A DNA stretch of 62,033 nucleotides, the filler included, from Choristocarpus tenellus KU-1152 (taxonomy: Eukaryota; Protista; Phaeophyceae): NCBI GenBank assembly GCA_964200185.2. It is 7 parts of 7 records of this genome, joined end to end, with 100 filler letters (N's around TTAATTAATTAA, not from the genome) between each part and the next. Parts side by side here need not be neighbours in the genome. Positions count along the whole stretch, not along the records: positions 1 to 14,052 come from CAXNAD020001292.1; positions 14,153 to 21,172 come from CAXNAD020006846.1; positions 21,273 to 23,839 come from CAXNAD020026711.1; positions 23,940 to 33,557 come from CAXNAD020003534.1; 3 more parts are not named here. The stretch is one strand, 5' to 3'. The notes below the pieces were generated by a model. The model worked only from the letters and a program-made list of their open reading frames with translations, did no database searches and was not told where the DNA came from. The position numbers were made by a program, and so were the translations under genes. Below are positions 12,761-27,700 of this stretch, one piece after another. The first letter of the stretch is position 1. Each line of letters begins with the position of its first letter.

Positions 12761-13802
12761 CTGTCCCATGTGTAACACCATGTGCCAATTGAAATCAAGT
12801 ACAAACGATCGCGCTTCGAGATAAGTGCTTTAAGGCCAGGTGGCGATAAAAAGGGATAACAGAGAAGCGTTCCTGGGCTGACAAGGTAGAGTTGCTGGTG
12901 GCTACCCAACTTCCTACTTCGAACAGCTTAAGGTTTGTGGGATGGAACCTGGTCGGCTCGCTAAGGTACCTACAAAATTATCTCTGGCCTCGACGAACTG
13001 AATAATGTGCAGCCCTAGAGAAAAATAAGCGGGGGATCGATAGGGTTAATATAATCAATACTTATCATGAAGGGAGAGTATGACAACTAACAATCGGGTA
13101 CACAACAGTAAGGTGACACTGAAGTGAGAGTGATCGAGGACATTGAACAAACGAGATACACTATTATCAGTACACAATCAGATATCCTGCAATACGGAAC
13201 AGCGACTGCTCCTTATGTTTGCCGATGACAAAGCTGCCTATTGGAGATTCCTTCATCGACAGTCCTCAAAATGGAGACCTCACTCGATTTTGAAACAACA
13301 TGGTGATGACTGGGTATTGAAAAACTAGCAACTTGACTTCTACCTGCAGTCTAACCTTCCATCCATAAATCTTTTCCCACCTCACTGGTAAGCTGAACCT
13401 GGCAAGGGACTAAGGCTTGGGGGCAACATACGAGAAGACTGGCAATCAAGGGTAGGCACCAAAATACAAGCTTAAGAAGTGCCTTAAACCCATCTCCTTC
13501 ATAGGCAACTCACTTGGCCTGGAGGATAGGCGGGAGAGTAGATGACGCCATGATGGACGAGTCGTGGGGTTCCACTTCGATCGTGGGGGTGCTTGAGGCC
13601 TGGTCTGATCACAACCTTCCCTCCACCATCAATCGTTGCCAGGAGTTCCAATGTGTAGAAGGCGGAATGAGGTGATTGAAAGAGTAGGAGAAACAAGAAG
13701 TTAATTTATGTCAAACTCCAACAAATCAACTTCTTGTTTGTACTGGCTCTTTTTTTTGCGGTCTTCCTTGATGGTTGGGTCGAAACACCATTCAACCTGA
13801 AG

Positions 13803-14052
13803 ATGGAGAAAGGAAAAGGAGGTCGAGTAAGCAATAGGTGGGGTGGAATGGGAGGAAAAGGACAAGGTCAAGGTGCAGGTGGAGGTCGTGGACAAGGTCG
13901 AGGAAGCGGAGGTGGGCGTGGACGAGGTGGAGGTGCCGTGAGAGGAGGAAGAGGGAGTGAAAGAGGTGGAGGCCATGGTGCGGGGGCATCGATGGGTAGG
14001 GGTAGTAATGCAAATCCATCTCGTGGTGGGTCCAATTCTGGGTTGAAAGGGG
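13803..14052 (+). CDS. Gly/Arg-rich (RGG-like) open frame truncated by a scaffold gap
   Basis: MEKGKGGRVSNRWGGMGG...GGGRGQGRGSGGGRGRGGG with varied codons, so not a simple nucleotide repeat. Divergent from RPSA. Confidence 0.35.
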
Positions 14053-14152
14053 NNNNNNNNNNNNNNNNNNNNNNNNNNNNNNNNNNNNNNNNNNNNTTAA
14101 TTAATTAANNNNNNNNNNNNNNNNNNNNNNNNNNNNNNNNNNNNNNNNNNNN
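14053..14152. other. Scaffold gap with TTAATTAATTAA linker (also 21173-21272, 23840-23939, 33558-33657, 38290-38389, 41931-42030; plain 10-N gap at 52107-52116)
   Basis: Identical 100-nt N blocks with a central all-frame-stop linker; assembly artefact. Confidence 0.99.
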
Positions 14153-14558
14153 AATCCAACACCCCTCTACCTCATGGTGTGGTACGATATGGAATGGAAT
14201 AAGGCCGTTTGTTGCCCTATCCCTCTGATCCAGGCCCTCTCTCATCGCCCAGTGAGAAATGCTTCCAGAGCCTCAGTAATTCACAGCATCCAGTCAAAGA
14301 TAGGGGAGTGATGTGAGTAACCGTGGTATGGGTGGGCCTATCCAAGGGATTGACGGAATAGAGGAGCATGGATCGTATACCTGCCGTACGGCACAGGCGG
14401 TTTGTAGCGCTAGTTGCCGAAACGTTTTTTTTTTTTGCATGTCTTGGTGTGAATCCCTCTGCTTTATTTTTTATTTTTTATTTTTTGATCAACGACATTC
14501 TTCGGTGAATCCAGAAAAATTAAGAAAGAACGCACATCCTTGCTTCTCACAGTCAAGA

Positions 14559-14604
14559 CAAAACAAAACAAAACAAAACAAAACAAAATAAAATAAAATA
14601 AAAT
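14559..14604. repeat. (CAAAA)n/(TAAAA)n microsatellite
   Basis: Direct reading of the sequence. Confidence 0.9.
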
Positions 14605-15057
14605 AGAGCCAGCTGTAAGTTAGTTGTGCTGTCTCTTGTTCCCACCTAATGAGTCGGTGACTTGATGCAAGACAGTGCTGTCGACTGATCGATACAAGCT
14701 CGTGCTGGATAGGTAGGGTACACCCTAGAAAAGAGAAAAAGAAAAGCACGCCCCTGAAAGCCGTTTCACCATCAAAGTAAAAGCACGCATTGTATCTCAC
14801 GTTTTGGTCACTCCTTCCTGCAGTGACACACACGCAAGGGTCAACAGTGACCGATACTACCAGTGCTTGTTTGTCACGCTCCATACTATATCCTCAACCT
14901 CATCCTCAACCAAACCTACAACACGCACCACATCAATACCGAAACCCTATTGGCTAATACATTGAACATCAAATATAGGGACAGAGTTGCATCCTCACGG
15001 AAGCATGCAAGTAACTCTGGAACAAAAGCAAAAACTCACACGACTAGAGTGTTTGGC

Positions 15058-15470
15058 CTATGTCCGTGTCCAGGTGAAACCGCACCAGTCTTTGTCACCG
15101 AAACACCCTTCATCCCAGATGAAGGCGGTAGCATCCCACAATAAGGGCTGGGTCGCAACCTCATCTGAGAGAAGCATTGCAATACAATGCCGAACTAAAG
15201 GTATGACAACTCAAATGGCTCAGTAAATGTTACATAAGCACACACTATAAAGGTTTAACTCTCAACCCGTCCTGGCAATCATTTTTAGTGACTCCGTCAT
15301 CAGAAGGAAAGTTTGTGGAATACTCTCCCCGGAAAATGCTTCTCCTTTCCACCTGGATAAAACATGTCGTCTCACTAGAAACCAAGCATATTTTGTTGCA
15401 TTACCTGATGTACACTACATTATTGAAAGGGCCACAAAATTTTCTGTTCCAAGTACACCATATAGAATAT

Positions 15471-15515
<45 letters not shown>

Positions 15516-16867
15516 ATCATGAAAACTTCAACCTCGGTCCATCACAGTACTGGCTCCACGGTTGTTTGACACAGGAGTTGCATGCAGATGCAACCTCTTG
15601 CGTTGGGCTTCAGATAGGCTCCGCTGAGGTCATGGTTGCAAATAGTGGGGGATGCGCTGTTTGTGTAGACTTATCTAATCCCTTCTTCAAACAAATTGTG
15701 AATCTCTCTCCACTTGTCCGTATCCTTCTTAGTAAAGAAAACGACGCCAAAGGTGGTAGAAGGCTTGTCTTCCGCTCATTGCTTACATTTGCTGTCAGAA
15801 ACTGCAACATGATTCCATCCATAAATTCTTGGTAATCTTGCATTGCGGCATCAACCTGGAAGTACCCCGGTGCAAGAAAACACTTCTAGTCCAATATTGT
15901 ATTCCCCCTCGTTGCTTTTCCCGTTACCACCGCACAGCATTGATTTTGTTCCTTGATTGGGCTTACAAACGGAAAAGACAAAGATGGGCCTCTCACCGCA
16001 GCTGATGGGGAGCTCAAACCTCGCTTTCCTGCTGCTAACGAAGGGCCGACATTTGCCCCAGCTGTAATTCCTGCAAGTATTGTCGCCACTGTCTGGCGAC
16101 TGAATTCCCCTTTTGAGTGTGGCCGGTTTTGTGCAAGCAGACATGTCAAGGGTGGGATGATGAAAATCAACCCTTGATTAGACATCGAAAATTGATCGCG
16201 TGAGCAGCAATGCACCCCGAGCAAAAGATACGAATCATCTTACTATCCACAGACTACCGAGTTGGCAGTGAGTCGTAGGAAAGGGGAACAAATCCTCGAT
16301 TGCTAAAGGGCAAACGCAGATTTCGGACTGCTCACAGAAGAGCTTCAATAAGGCATATGAGAATTGTCAGGGTCCCCTGCAACCCCAGGACAAACAAAGA
16401 ATCTTCTCTCGCATGATCTTTGAGGACACCAATCCAGACTTCAGGGAATAAGTTGCATTGGCAACTGGGATATGCTATTACAGCCTCCTCAAGAGAAGGA
16501 TTACTCGAGCTGCAAAACGGCATACCCTGTGTACAACTCTACCACCAAAGCATAAGTATTCTATCAACCCGCAAGGAAGAAGTTGTTCGTCCTCCAAGAC
16601 GACAGTTATAGGAAGCACATGACAAGTGTTACAGTTCAACCACCTAAGCCTCAAATTGAGGGGAGTGAGATCCTACGTACCTCGTGTCATACCCTCCCCA
16701 GCTTTCATGGAGACTTGCGAGGTGCAGGTTGATCCACTTTCTGACACAGCACGAGCGGCCGCAAATCCACGCTGTCCGAACAAGAAAGTGTTGGGCAAGA
16801 AAGCATCTGTTGCCTTCAGTAAAGTCAATAACGATGTCAATCCTGACAAGAATGTTAAGCGCGTCAT
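15058..16867 (-). CDS. Putative plastid-targeted protein, multi-exon; 3' structure unresolved, possibly degenerate
   Basis: Exon 16681-16867 encodes MTRLTFLSGLTSLLTLLKATDA-FLP (signal peptide plus ASAFAP-like Phe) and ends at a gtacgt donor. A phase-compatible exon from 16109 gives GEFSRQTVATILAGITAGANVGPSLAA. Further exon-like pieces lie near 15787-15855, 15268-15352 and 15058-15165. Confidence 0.4.
15472..15512. repeat. (CA)n microsatellite
   Basis: About 20 CA units. Confidence 0.95.
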
Positions 16868-17235
16868 GCTGAACTCTCCCTCCACAACACGGTAGCAACC
16901 TCCTCGTTAGAATAAGGTCTTTGGCCTCAGATTCAAAGACCGAGGTGCAACGCTAAATATCTAATACTACTGTTGTGAACAAGTTGAGATTTGAGAGTGG
17001 ATTCACATGTTGGAGTGGCTTTTTTTTGTCAGATGACATGATAACAAACATGACTTGGCAAATCATTCGAGGAATTACACTCTCAACGACAATATATCTA
17101 CAGTATTTTCTTTATTTGCAAGTTCGAAGAGGAAATATAATAAGAAAAACTATTTTCTTATCCCTCCATCGTCCTCCCTTTGTGGTCTGAACATTGTCAC
17201 AAAACTCTAGCCCAATCCAACTTCCACTCTAAACG

Positions 17236-18978
<1,743 letters not shown>

Positions 18979-21272
18979 ACAGAAAATAAACAAGCCCTAT
19001 CCTCCTAAGTGCTATCATAGATAACAACACAACGCAAGTATTCAAGAGTGGATACTGTCACCAAATGCACAATTCCATTTTTGTTTAGATTTGCAGCAAT
19101 GGCATGCTGGAGTGCTTGAAAAGGCTGTGATGTGTTTTGCAACAGTAATCTAATGGCTAGCAAGGTGTAATATTGGTCTTTTTTTCATCGTCGATGGGAA
19201 AAGTGTGTGTATTGTTTGAAGTAGATAAAGGAAATTTAGAGGCACACACCTAGTCGTGACAAGACTTTCTAGGATGTTCAGTTGGTTGGTTATGAAGTAG
19301 GTGTTATTTGTGAGGTTGGCATCGTTAAAAAAAAAAAAAAAAAATAGTACCATCCCTAGAGTCCTACCTTAGCAGGCAAATGGGCAAATCATCTGCTTTT
19401 ATCAATTGGACACCTCCTGTGTTAATGCTTCAAAAGGGACATTGATATTACATTACGGGTGTTCTACACCAGTTTCTTTTTATAGGAAGGTGATATTTTC
19501 TGCCTACACACAAAAAATATATATTGGTGTATGTGGGACCACAGTGTTGATGATGGCATCAAAGGTTTAAATATTTTTCTGCTCTTTTCTAATTGATAGC
19601 TACTGGATTGGAAAGGTGGAACTATCAAATTTTCCATGTTAGTGTGCAGCTTGCTTATCTCAAGGGAGTCTAATTTTGAATGCCGGTGGGTGTGGAAGGT
19701 GAAGTGCAACAGTAGGATGCACATATTTTTTGATGATAATCTGATTTTTGGCTGTCTCTAAATCAATGTTGATTGTTCTCCTATTCATTCCACTATGCAT
19801 GATACATGTTGAATGATCAGAGGAGGAATATAGTCTTGTCCAAATCGATCTAATGGCGTTCAATGTTACACATTAAAATATGGCATTGAACACAGAGTAA
19901 ATATATTCATTGTAGACAATGTATATCCACCTGTATAAACGGGAATGTCGAATCAACCACACCTTGAAACCCTACAACACACGTACAATATATTCCTTGC
20001 ATATACATGCTGTCGTATTACAGTTATCACTTGTTCAAAATTGATCTATTGATATTTTGAGGCATGACTGGGGAATGACTACATTTTCCAGGCTCACCGT
20101 GTTTACAGTATTGATATCTTTTTGTGAGTTTCCTTGTTGGATGGAGTAGGATCTTGTCTCTGCACTTGATAAAAGAGCATAAGTTTCATGTTTGCATGGC
20201 CTCACATCTTGTATGTACGCTGTGCATGTGGTGTGCTTTATGTTAAAGTTGATTTATGGCATTTTGAACAATGTCCAAAACCTTGAAAATAGTGTCAAGA
20301 ATAGGTGTGGAAAGCACTTCGTTTGTCTGTTGCTGTACCGTTTTGACCGTATTCAATATACCAATTGAGGTTGTGTTGTGAGAACTTCGGTTCAACTGTG
20401 TAGAGGATATATTCGGAGTGATAGATTTCCGTTCTTCCAGTAACGTCTCTTTATGAGTACGTTTTTCCAAAAGTGGATCTCCCATCTATGAAAGGTTTCT
20501 TTTCTGAAACCTATCCAAATCATGATCTTCCCCATTTCCTCAGTTCCCGACTTTTTCCTGCAAGTCCTTTCAGTCTTGCATTTGTCCAACCTTAACCTCG
20601 TCCTCTTGGTTACGGTTCGTCTTGGTCTGTCTTGCCCAGTCATTCTCTTCACCACCCTTGCCTGAGTGAACCATGCCCCCACAGAATCACACGATTCAAT
20701 AACTATGCTCCTCCTTCACGGTATATGTACCACGTTCTTGTTGTTGAACCATATCCAGTAATAATGATAGTAATAATAATAATAACTCATGTGGACCTCG
20801 TATTAAGATCATGCACCAAGGATAAACAACACCCATAACTTACTATTTCCGTAACCTTCATGGGCCTTGGGTCGTACTACCATTCTTCAATGCCACTGCT
20901 ACGACAGTGGCAGTCCTGAAGCAGTAGTAGTAGCAGCAGTAGTAGTGATAACATGCTCAAGGATTTAGGTGGTAATATATGACCTGAAAACAGCCGATCA
21001 TCAAAATTGAGGATGGAGCTTTTTATTGAGGATGGGCAAGACCCGGAATGGTGCGCGGAAAGTGCATATATATTTTTGGTCAAATTATTTCGGTGCTTGT
21101 GGAGGGCACCGCTACGATTTGGAAGTGACCTCGACCAAGCCAAAGGTACAAGGACAGATGGGCCGCCCGGAGNNNNNNNNNNNNNNNNNNNNNNNNNNNN
21201 NNNNNNNNNNNNNNNNTTAATTAATTAANNNNNNNNNNNNNNNNNNNNNNNNNNNNNNNNNNNNNNNNNNNN

Positions 21273-23839
21273 TTATACTGTACAAGATCAACAGCAATCC
21301 GTTCAAATGGTCGGGTGGCAGGAATTTGTCCTTGAGGTAATGTAGGACGTCTGTGAGAGGTTTTTCGTCTTTGGCAAAAGTTGACATCTTTCACACCACT
21401 CTCTAACATCTTTTTGAAACATAGGCCACCAATATCGGTCTCGTACCTTGTCCAGAGTATGAGAAAGACCAAAATAACCCCCCAAAGCGGGATGATCATG
21501 GCAAGCATGCAAGACCAAATATTGGAATTCTTTTGGAACTACTAATTGACCACGAAAAGCATGATGTTTGCGTATATGTCCTGGAAAATATGATCGGTAA
21601 AGCAAGTTAGTGTCAGCATCAACATAAAAGTATGACATGCTATATCTCGATTCCCGGGGAGGTAAAGACACTGAATCAGGGGCTTGTAAATACGCAAAGT
21701 AAAGAGAAAATTGTTTTATTTGTGCGTCCCGAATTTGGTGTGGTCTAAAGTTGGAAAGATGCTCACTGAACTACTAAAAAAATCTCGGTCACTCTGAATT
21801 ATATCTAATTCACGAAGGCGGTCTCTGGATATATTTCGTACGCTTGACGTGGGGTTACCGCATTTGAAATAGTGTTTTCCGGAATATTCCTACAAATAGG
21901 AGAAAGTACTTTTGGCATACGATCAATATCAATATCAAACAGACAAGAAAGGGCATCAGGTACAACATTGTCTCTGCCAGGTTTATGATGGACTGTAAAG
22001 TCAAAACGTTGAAGAGCAAGAGCCCAACATGTCAACATATTATCTGTGTCTTGCATGTAATACAGATAAACGAAGCGCCGCATGATCAGTGAATAAATCA
22101 AAATGTCGACCCCAAAGGTATGGACGACAGTGGTTAATGGCATGCACTACTGCTAAACATTCTTTGTATGTAGCTGAGTAATTTCGTTGTGCTCCATCAA
22201 ATTTCTTGCTAAAGTAAGCCACAATATGAAGTGAGGAATTCGTTGGGTCATCTGAAGCATTTTGAGCAAGAAAACCACCACTACCCAGGTTGGAAGCAGA
22301 GCCAAAGTATCTTAGAGGGTAGATCCGCGTCCATTTGGGGGCCACAATCCAATGTTGCGATTTTGATGTAATTTTGGCTATTGTGTTTGTTATGTTAGGA
22401 AGTGTCAATATCCTTGTTCCGGACACACCTTTTCATAACGTATACATTTTACCTGCTCCAAAATATTTTGGAGTGGGAAAATGTAAAAAAATATATATGG
22501 GAAGCCAAGTCCCCAAATGGACAAACAGGGGGAAACTCGTACCCTCTAAGTACTTCAATAAGCATCCACATGTACCACAAAGGATTTTGAAAAGTCTGGA
22601 TAATGTAAAAGGGGGGCCGATGTTAATGCCATTTTTATCTTTTCTAGTGCATTATCGTAAACTGATGTCCATGCTTTTCCAATTTCACCAGAAGGACGAG
22701 AGATGAATTCTTTACGTGTAAATTTTAGAAGGGGTTCTGTCAGATCTGTATAATGAGGGATGAACTTTCGACAAACATTGCACATACCAAGGATAGAACG
22801 AATGTCCTTTATCGTTCGGGGAGTGAGCAGGTCAACAATAGCTTGAATTCGAGCTTTTCCAAGACGTACTCCTGCACTAGAAACAATATGACCAAGGTAT
22901 TCAACCTCTGCTGGACCAAACTTCAATTTAGAAGGTTTTAAAGTAAGGCCAGCATTCTGAAGGGCAATAAAAAGCTTTTCGAGCAAAGTTATATGGTGTT
23001 GCCAAGTGGACGAACAAAGAATGAGATCATCCATGTAAAACAACAGACCTGACCCCGTGCCAAAATCAGATAGTGCAGGAGCCATCATACGTTGAAAAAT
23101 AAATGGGGCATTGCTCAAACCAAAAGGAAGTCGTTTCCATGCAAACTTGCCTTTATGGGTGACAAAAGCAGTCTTGTCAATGTCTGCTTCCGCCACAGGA
23201 ATCTGATGATATGCTGATTGAACATCTGCAACAGAAAGAAAGTTTGCTGCACCAATGGAATCAAGATGTTCCTCAGCTAAAGGCATGGGCCAAGAACATT
23301 TAATTAGGTGTTTATTTATAGTCCTCCGATAATCAGTGCAGAATCTTGGGGTCCCATCTGCTTTAGCAACAATATTAACAGGGGAACCCCAAGGGCTAGA
23401 ACGAGGTTCAATTAATCCTTGGTTATGTAAATCGTCAACACATTTATCGATAATACCTCTTACTTGTGGATTGGTACGGTATGGTGCTCGACTAATCGGT
23501 CTGGTACCTGGTTCGAGAGGAAAATCGGCTTCTGCAATGGTGCAAGTTCCCAATTCAGAAGTATCGAGGGAGAATACTGAACGGGATTTGGCACAAAGAT
23601 TCAGAGTTTCTTGTTTTTGAGATGAAGAGAAAGTAGTGTTGGTAAAAGCAGGTTCCAACGCATTATCAAGACGCTCTTGATCAGGTCCAGATATAGATGT
23701 TGCAGAAATAGTGTGAAATTGTTTGGTGTTGATTATGTTTGCAGGGTAGATGTGACCAAGTAACGTATTCTTGGGTAAATGAACTGTTTGTGAGGACATG
23801 TTAGCAATTTGTACTACCCCTGACCCATCATCACAATCC
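21273..23839 (-). mobile_element. Ty3/Gypsy LTR retrotransposon pol fragment (RT, RNase H, integrase), disrupted and bounded by gaps
   Basis: RT motifs RFCTDYR, KTAFVT, RLPFGLSNAP, YMDD; RNase H VHVDA/SNLG, NYSATYKECLAV, FTDHAAL; integrase HDHP...CERC and RPFERIAVDL. RT-RH-INT order. Confidence 0.95.
22299..22560 (+). mobile_element. Family A MITE (Sola2-like) inserted in the Gypsy RNase H
   Basis: TIR GAGCCAAAGTATCTTAGAGGGT...ACCCTCTAAG-TACTT. AGCA is duplicated on both sides, and removal restores VDASNLG. Confidence 0.9.
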
Positions 23840-23939
23840 NNNNNNNNNNNNNNNNNNNNNNNNNNNNNNNNNNNNNNNNNNNNTTAATTAATTAANNNNN
23901 NNNNNNNNNNNNNNNNNNNNNNNNNNNNNNNNNNNNNNN

Positions 23940-24009
23940 CCTAAAATCGCGACATGAAAAATTTGACCCCAAATGGACAGACGCCACCCCCCCCCAGATA
24001 CTCTGAGCC
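23940..24009 (+). mobile_element. Family B MITE 3' half
   Basis: aaaatcgcgacatg...ccccaaatggac...CCCCCCAGATACTCTGAGCC, matching the copies at 47603 and 48094. Confidence 0.8.
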
Positions 24010-24739
24010 AGTACAACAGGTATCTTCAGTGGAGATACCCATCATTTCACTTCTGAGTTGTATTGAAGTTCGCTTCTAGCTCGGTTGAAATCTCACAACC
24101 CAATTAAGCAGGGATTCAGCCCATGGCATCCTGTAGTGAAAGATGGGGTCGCCTGTACTCTGTCTACACGTAGTCAAGCTGGTTGTCCTCGGTTCGGTTA
24201 AGCAAAAGACCTCTTTGTCCTGCTTTCAGGCTTGCATCCAAGGATCAACTTATCTCTCTATCATGCAGTCTTACAATTTCACTGAATCAACACATCTCCA
24301 TACTGAGAAAAAAGAAAAGGAAAAATTTTCATACTTCTTCCCAGTCCCTTTTGACCAATAGTATCCTAGAGAGGGGCCCAAGTGTCCATTCAGGGCCTAT
24401 GTGAACCTGTAGTGGGTTTCATGTCACCTGACCAAACGTGTCATATAACAGGGCAATTTCCTTGGTCTCAAAGCAACCTTTTCCACACCCCTATCCGAAC
24501 CAAATTAACAAAATGGGCATCAAACTGAGGTTATCTTTCAATAGCTGCAAATTGACAGACTGGGCTAAACATCCCCATCAAAATAATCTGCACCTCTGTG
24601 TAACTTTCTTACGTCTATAAAATGATCCGTTTCATGAAATATTGATGCTTTTGGTAATCTTCCATCAAACTGGGATATTTCATAAGGTAATTTACCATAA
24701 CCCCCCCCCCCCTCATCTAAGATACTATGGCACTCTCAC

Positions 24740-27700
24740 AGTAGGTCTCTTGTTACAGTTGCTGTGCATGCAGCGTCGGTTCTTAACATCCACCATGCCC
24801 TTGGACTTGTGTGCAAGGCACATCCTCGACCTTTCACCCTCAAAAGCATAGGTCGGCCACTTGGTGCAGTCTTTGAATTCACACTGCTGATTCTTGAGGT
24901 CCCCCATGCCCTGTGGTGTAAGTACAGAACGTAAAATTAGTAAAGACTAACAAAGAAAAACAGAAATGCCACTCACCACCATTTCAAAAAACATCACAAA
25001 CACGTGTACATACATACATTTATATATTAAAAAAAAGCCTCACACTCCAAGCAAATACATCTATCTTGGGATCAACGACAACAGAGAGGTCAGAAATGCA
25101 CCTAACTATTTCTAGCAACAGCATCTTCATAATAGAGTACAAAACAACATGATCGCCTAGCTGCACCTTCAACATACGAACCACTACCCACAGGGACGAC
25201 AGTATCCGTCCAATACAGTACATCCATAACAAGCTACACACCTTCCCTTGGGTCTGAGGAGATCATATCAGTAACCGAAAAAGTAGTAAGAATAATAAAC
25301 AAGACCCTGGTCCACTCGCCTTGGTCTGATGAAGGGTACACATTGTTGCTGAGGTCCCCATGTCCCCACAAGAGAGCATACGTCGGCAACCTTGGGAGGC
25401 ACACCTCTTGTTCTTGAGATCAACCATCCCATCCACCTTGTGGGTAGGGCAGTACACAGGGCGACCCTCTTCAGGAGTGCCATAGGTTGGACGCTTTGTG
25501 CACAATGGAGCACCACATCTTGTGATCTTGAGCGCCACCATGCCCTTAAGTAGAGGATTCAAGGGGAAAGGAGAGATGGTGGGCATTGTCGGAGGGAGTG
25601 GGAGGAGTCTACGAGGTAATGGTAATGGTCAAGTCTACGAGGACAACCACATCAAAGGAAAGGGGGAATGCGACAGGAAGCATAGGGGTTGGTTCAGCAC
25701 TGAGTTCTTTGGGTTTGATTCTGCGATGAAGAGGTGATCCTAGTTGGGGGCCCGAGGGGTTTCGGCTCCTTTCAATAAAAAAAGAAAAAATGTTGAATCT
25801 GTTTTAGGGTTAGGGTCTGTTTAGCTACGGAGGACCGAAGGATACACAATGAGAAGAATAATAACGATAGAATAATAAAGATGGATTGACTCCCAGATTG
25901 GTGGAGGACTTCAACATGGTGAGCGAGACCCAATGCAAACTATTCCTTCCATGCCCTAGATAGTGTTGGTCGTGAAACTTCAAACTTCAGTGTTTCAATC
26001 AACACCACACACGCACGCACGCACACACGCACAAGGAGCTTCGAGGTTTCGAACCATTTTTTTTTTTAACTGTTGATTCTTTGTGGTGCAATTCGAAGAA
26101 CATTTTTTTTTTAAATGTTTTCAACGCACGAAAATTTCCTCCTCACACCATCACTCGCAAACTGCAGCATGACTGATACTGGTTCGGCATTCCAAAATTA
26201 AATTAAACTGAAATCATATATAAAAACAATTTAAACGTATTGCGATTTTCCTAGTCTGTAACGTAAGCTACCCGGAGACACAAGTGCATTACATACGTTT
26301 TGCATGGATGTCTTGACGTTTTTATTACTTCCTAAAAAGGGTTGGTGTAAACTCATATGTTCCAGGTCAGAGGGAGTTGTCCCGAGTGACCGCATTACTG
26401 CATCGGAAATGTATTCCTGGAAATCGCCCCCCCTTTCAAAAGTTATTTTTAAGTCAACAGAGGCGACAGTGCCAAATGCAATCCCTCAGCATGGATGCGA
26501 ACACAGTCACCAACACAACTCTGCAGCCAGATGCAATCACCTGAGCGTAAGGGTGAAACTGCAGCTGGGGGTTGCAACAATAGGGCAGGGAACAGAATTG
26601 AGGACTGCTAACACAATGTTTGACATTTACTGTAGAAATAGGGCCTGTTCTTAAGGAACATCTTCCTCTCATGGGATGGAATCTGTTGAGGTCTGTAGCG
26701 CAAATCTAACAGACAGTGCATGCAAGGCACTGTGCAGTCCAGCAGGTGTAGCATGTCTCGCAGTAGCTGTCTGAGCGCTTCTCAGAGGGATACTGACTTG
26801 GGGAGTGCCTGGGCATGCCCAACCCGGTGTTCATATCCCTCGGGACAATTGTTGATTCTGACCACAAAGTTGCTGGTGCAGCACATGCCAGAGTCAACTA
26901 AGCATTTTCTCTTCAAGGATGCTTCTTGGATCGTAAGGGGGTTCTGTCTCAGTCTGTCTCAGTCTGTCTCCGTCAAAACACCACACACACCCTCAAGTTA
27001 AGGTTTCCAGGCTGACTTGAGCGAGGAGTTTGCATTTTTCGATGGGATGCTGTAGTAGGTAGGGTGTAGACCAAGCAGCGAAGCACAATGCACACTAAAA
27101 CAATATTTATTCTTAAAACAATATTTATTCTACTGGACCGAGGATGTCCTCGTTTTTTGGGGAGTGGGGGATGTATTTGAGCATCTGTGAAAAAGATCGT
27201 GGACTGGGATGGAAGGCTTGGGAAATGGATTTTTCTGGGCCTCCTACAAAAAGTTTAAATTAAGAACCAAAAAAATAAAAATAATTAAGAACTAAAAAAA
27301 AAATTAAGAACCCAATATCAAGCTTTCTTGAAATATACAACAACACAACCAATACTTCAATTTATTCCTACTATTGCCTTGTGCAACATCAATGTTGATG
27401 TGATGGTCAAGTTCGGTGACTTAAGTGTTCAATCAAAATTGTAAAGTACTAAGTATCTAAAAAACATCTAAAAAATAGAACTACTCCAACCAGTTGGATG
27501 TGTAACATGTGGTGTTGACGAGAATTATATTATATACTCTAAACTCCATATATTTGGTGTGAGCCAAAATCGCAATAATTGAAAATGTTCCTTATTATCA
27601 GTACCATAATGTTCAAAACCAGAAAAAAACAGGGCACTCCATCCCACGGTAAAAAGACTGTGCACAATTTACCTCTACTTCACAATTTTAAATCCTCAAT

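Noticed and set aside
20243-21172. Low-complexity ORF fragments next to the Gypsy element
   Set aside because: Separated from pol by a gap, with no gag or other motif recognised.
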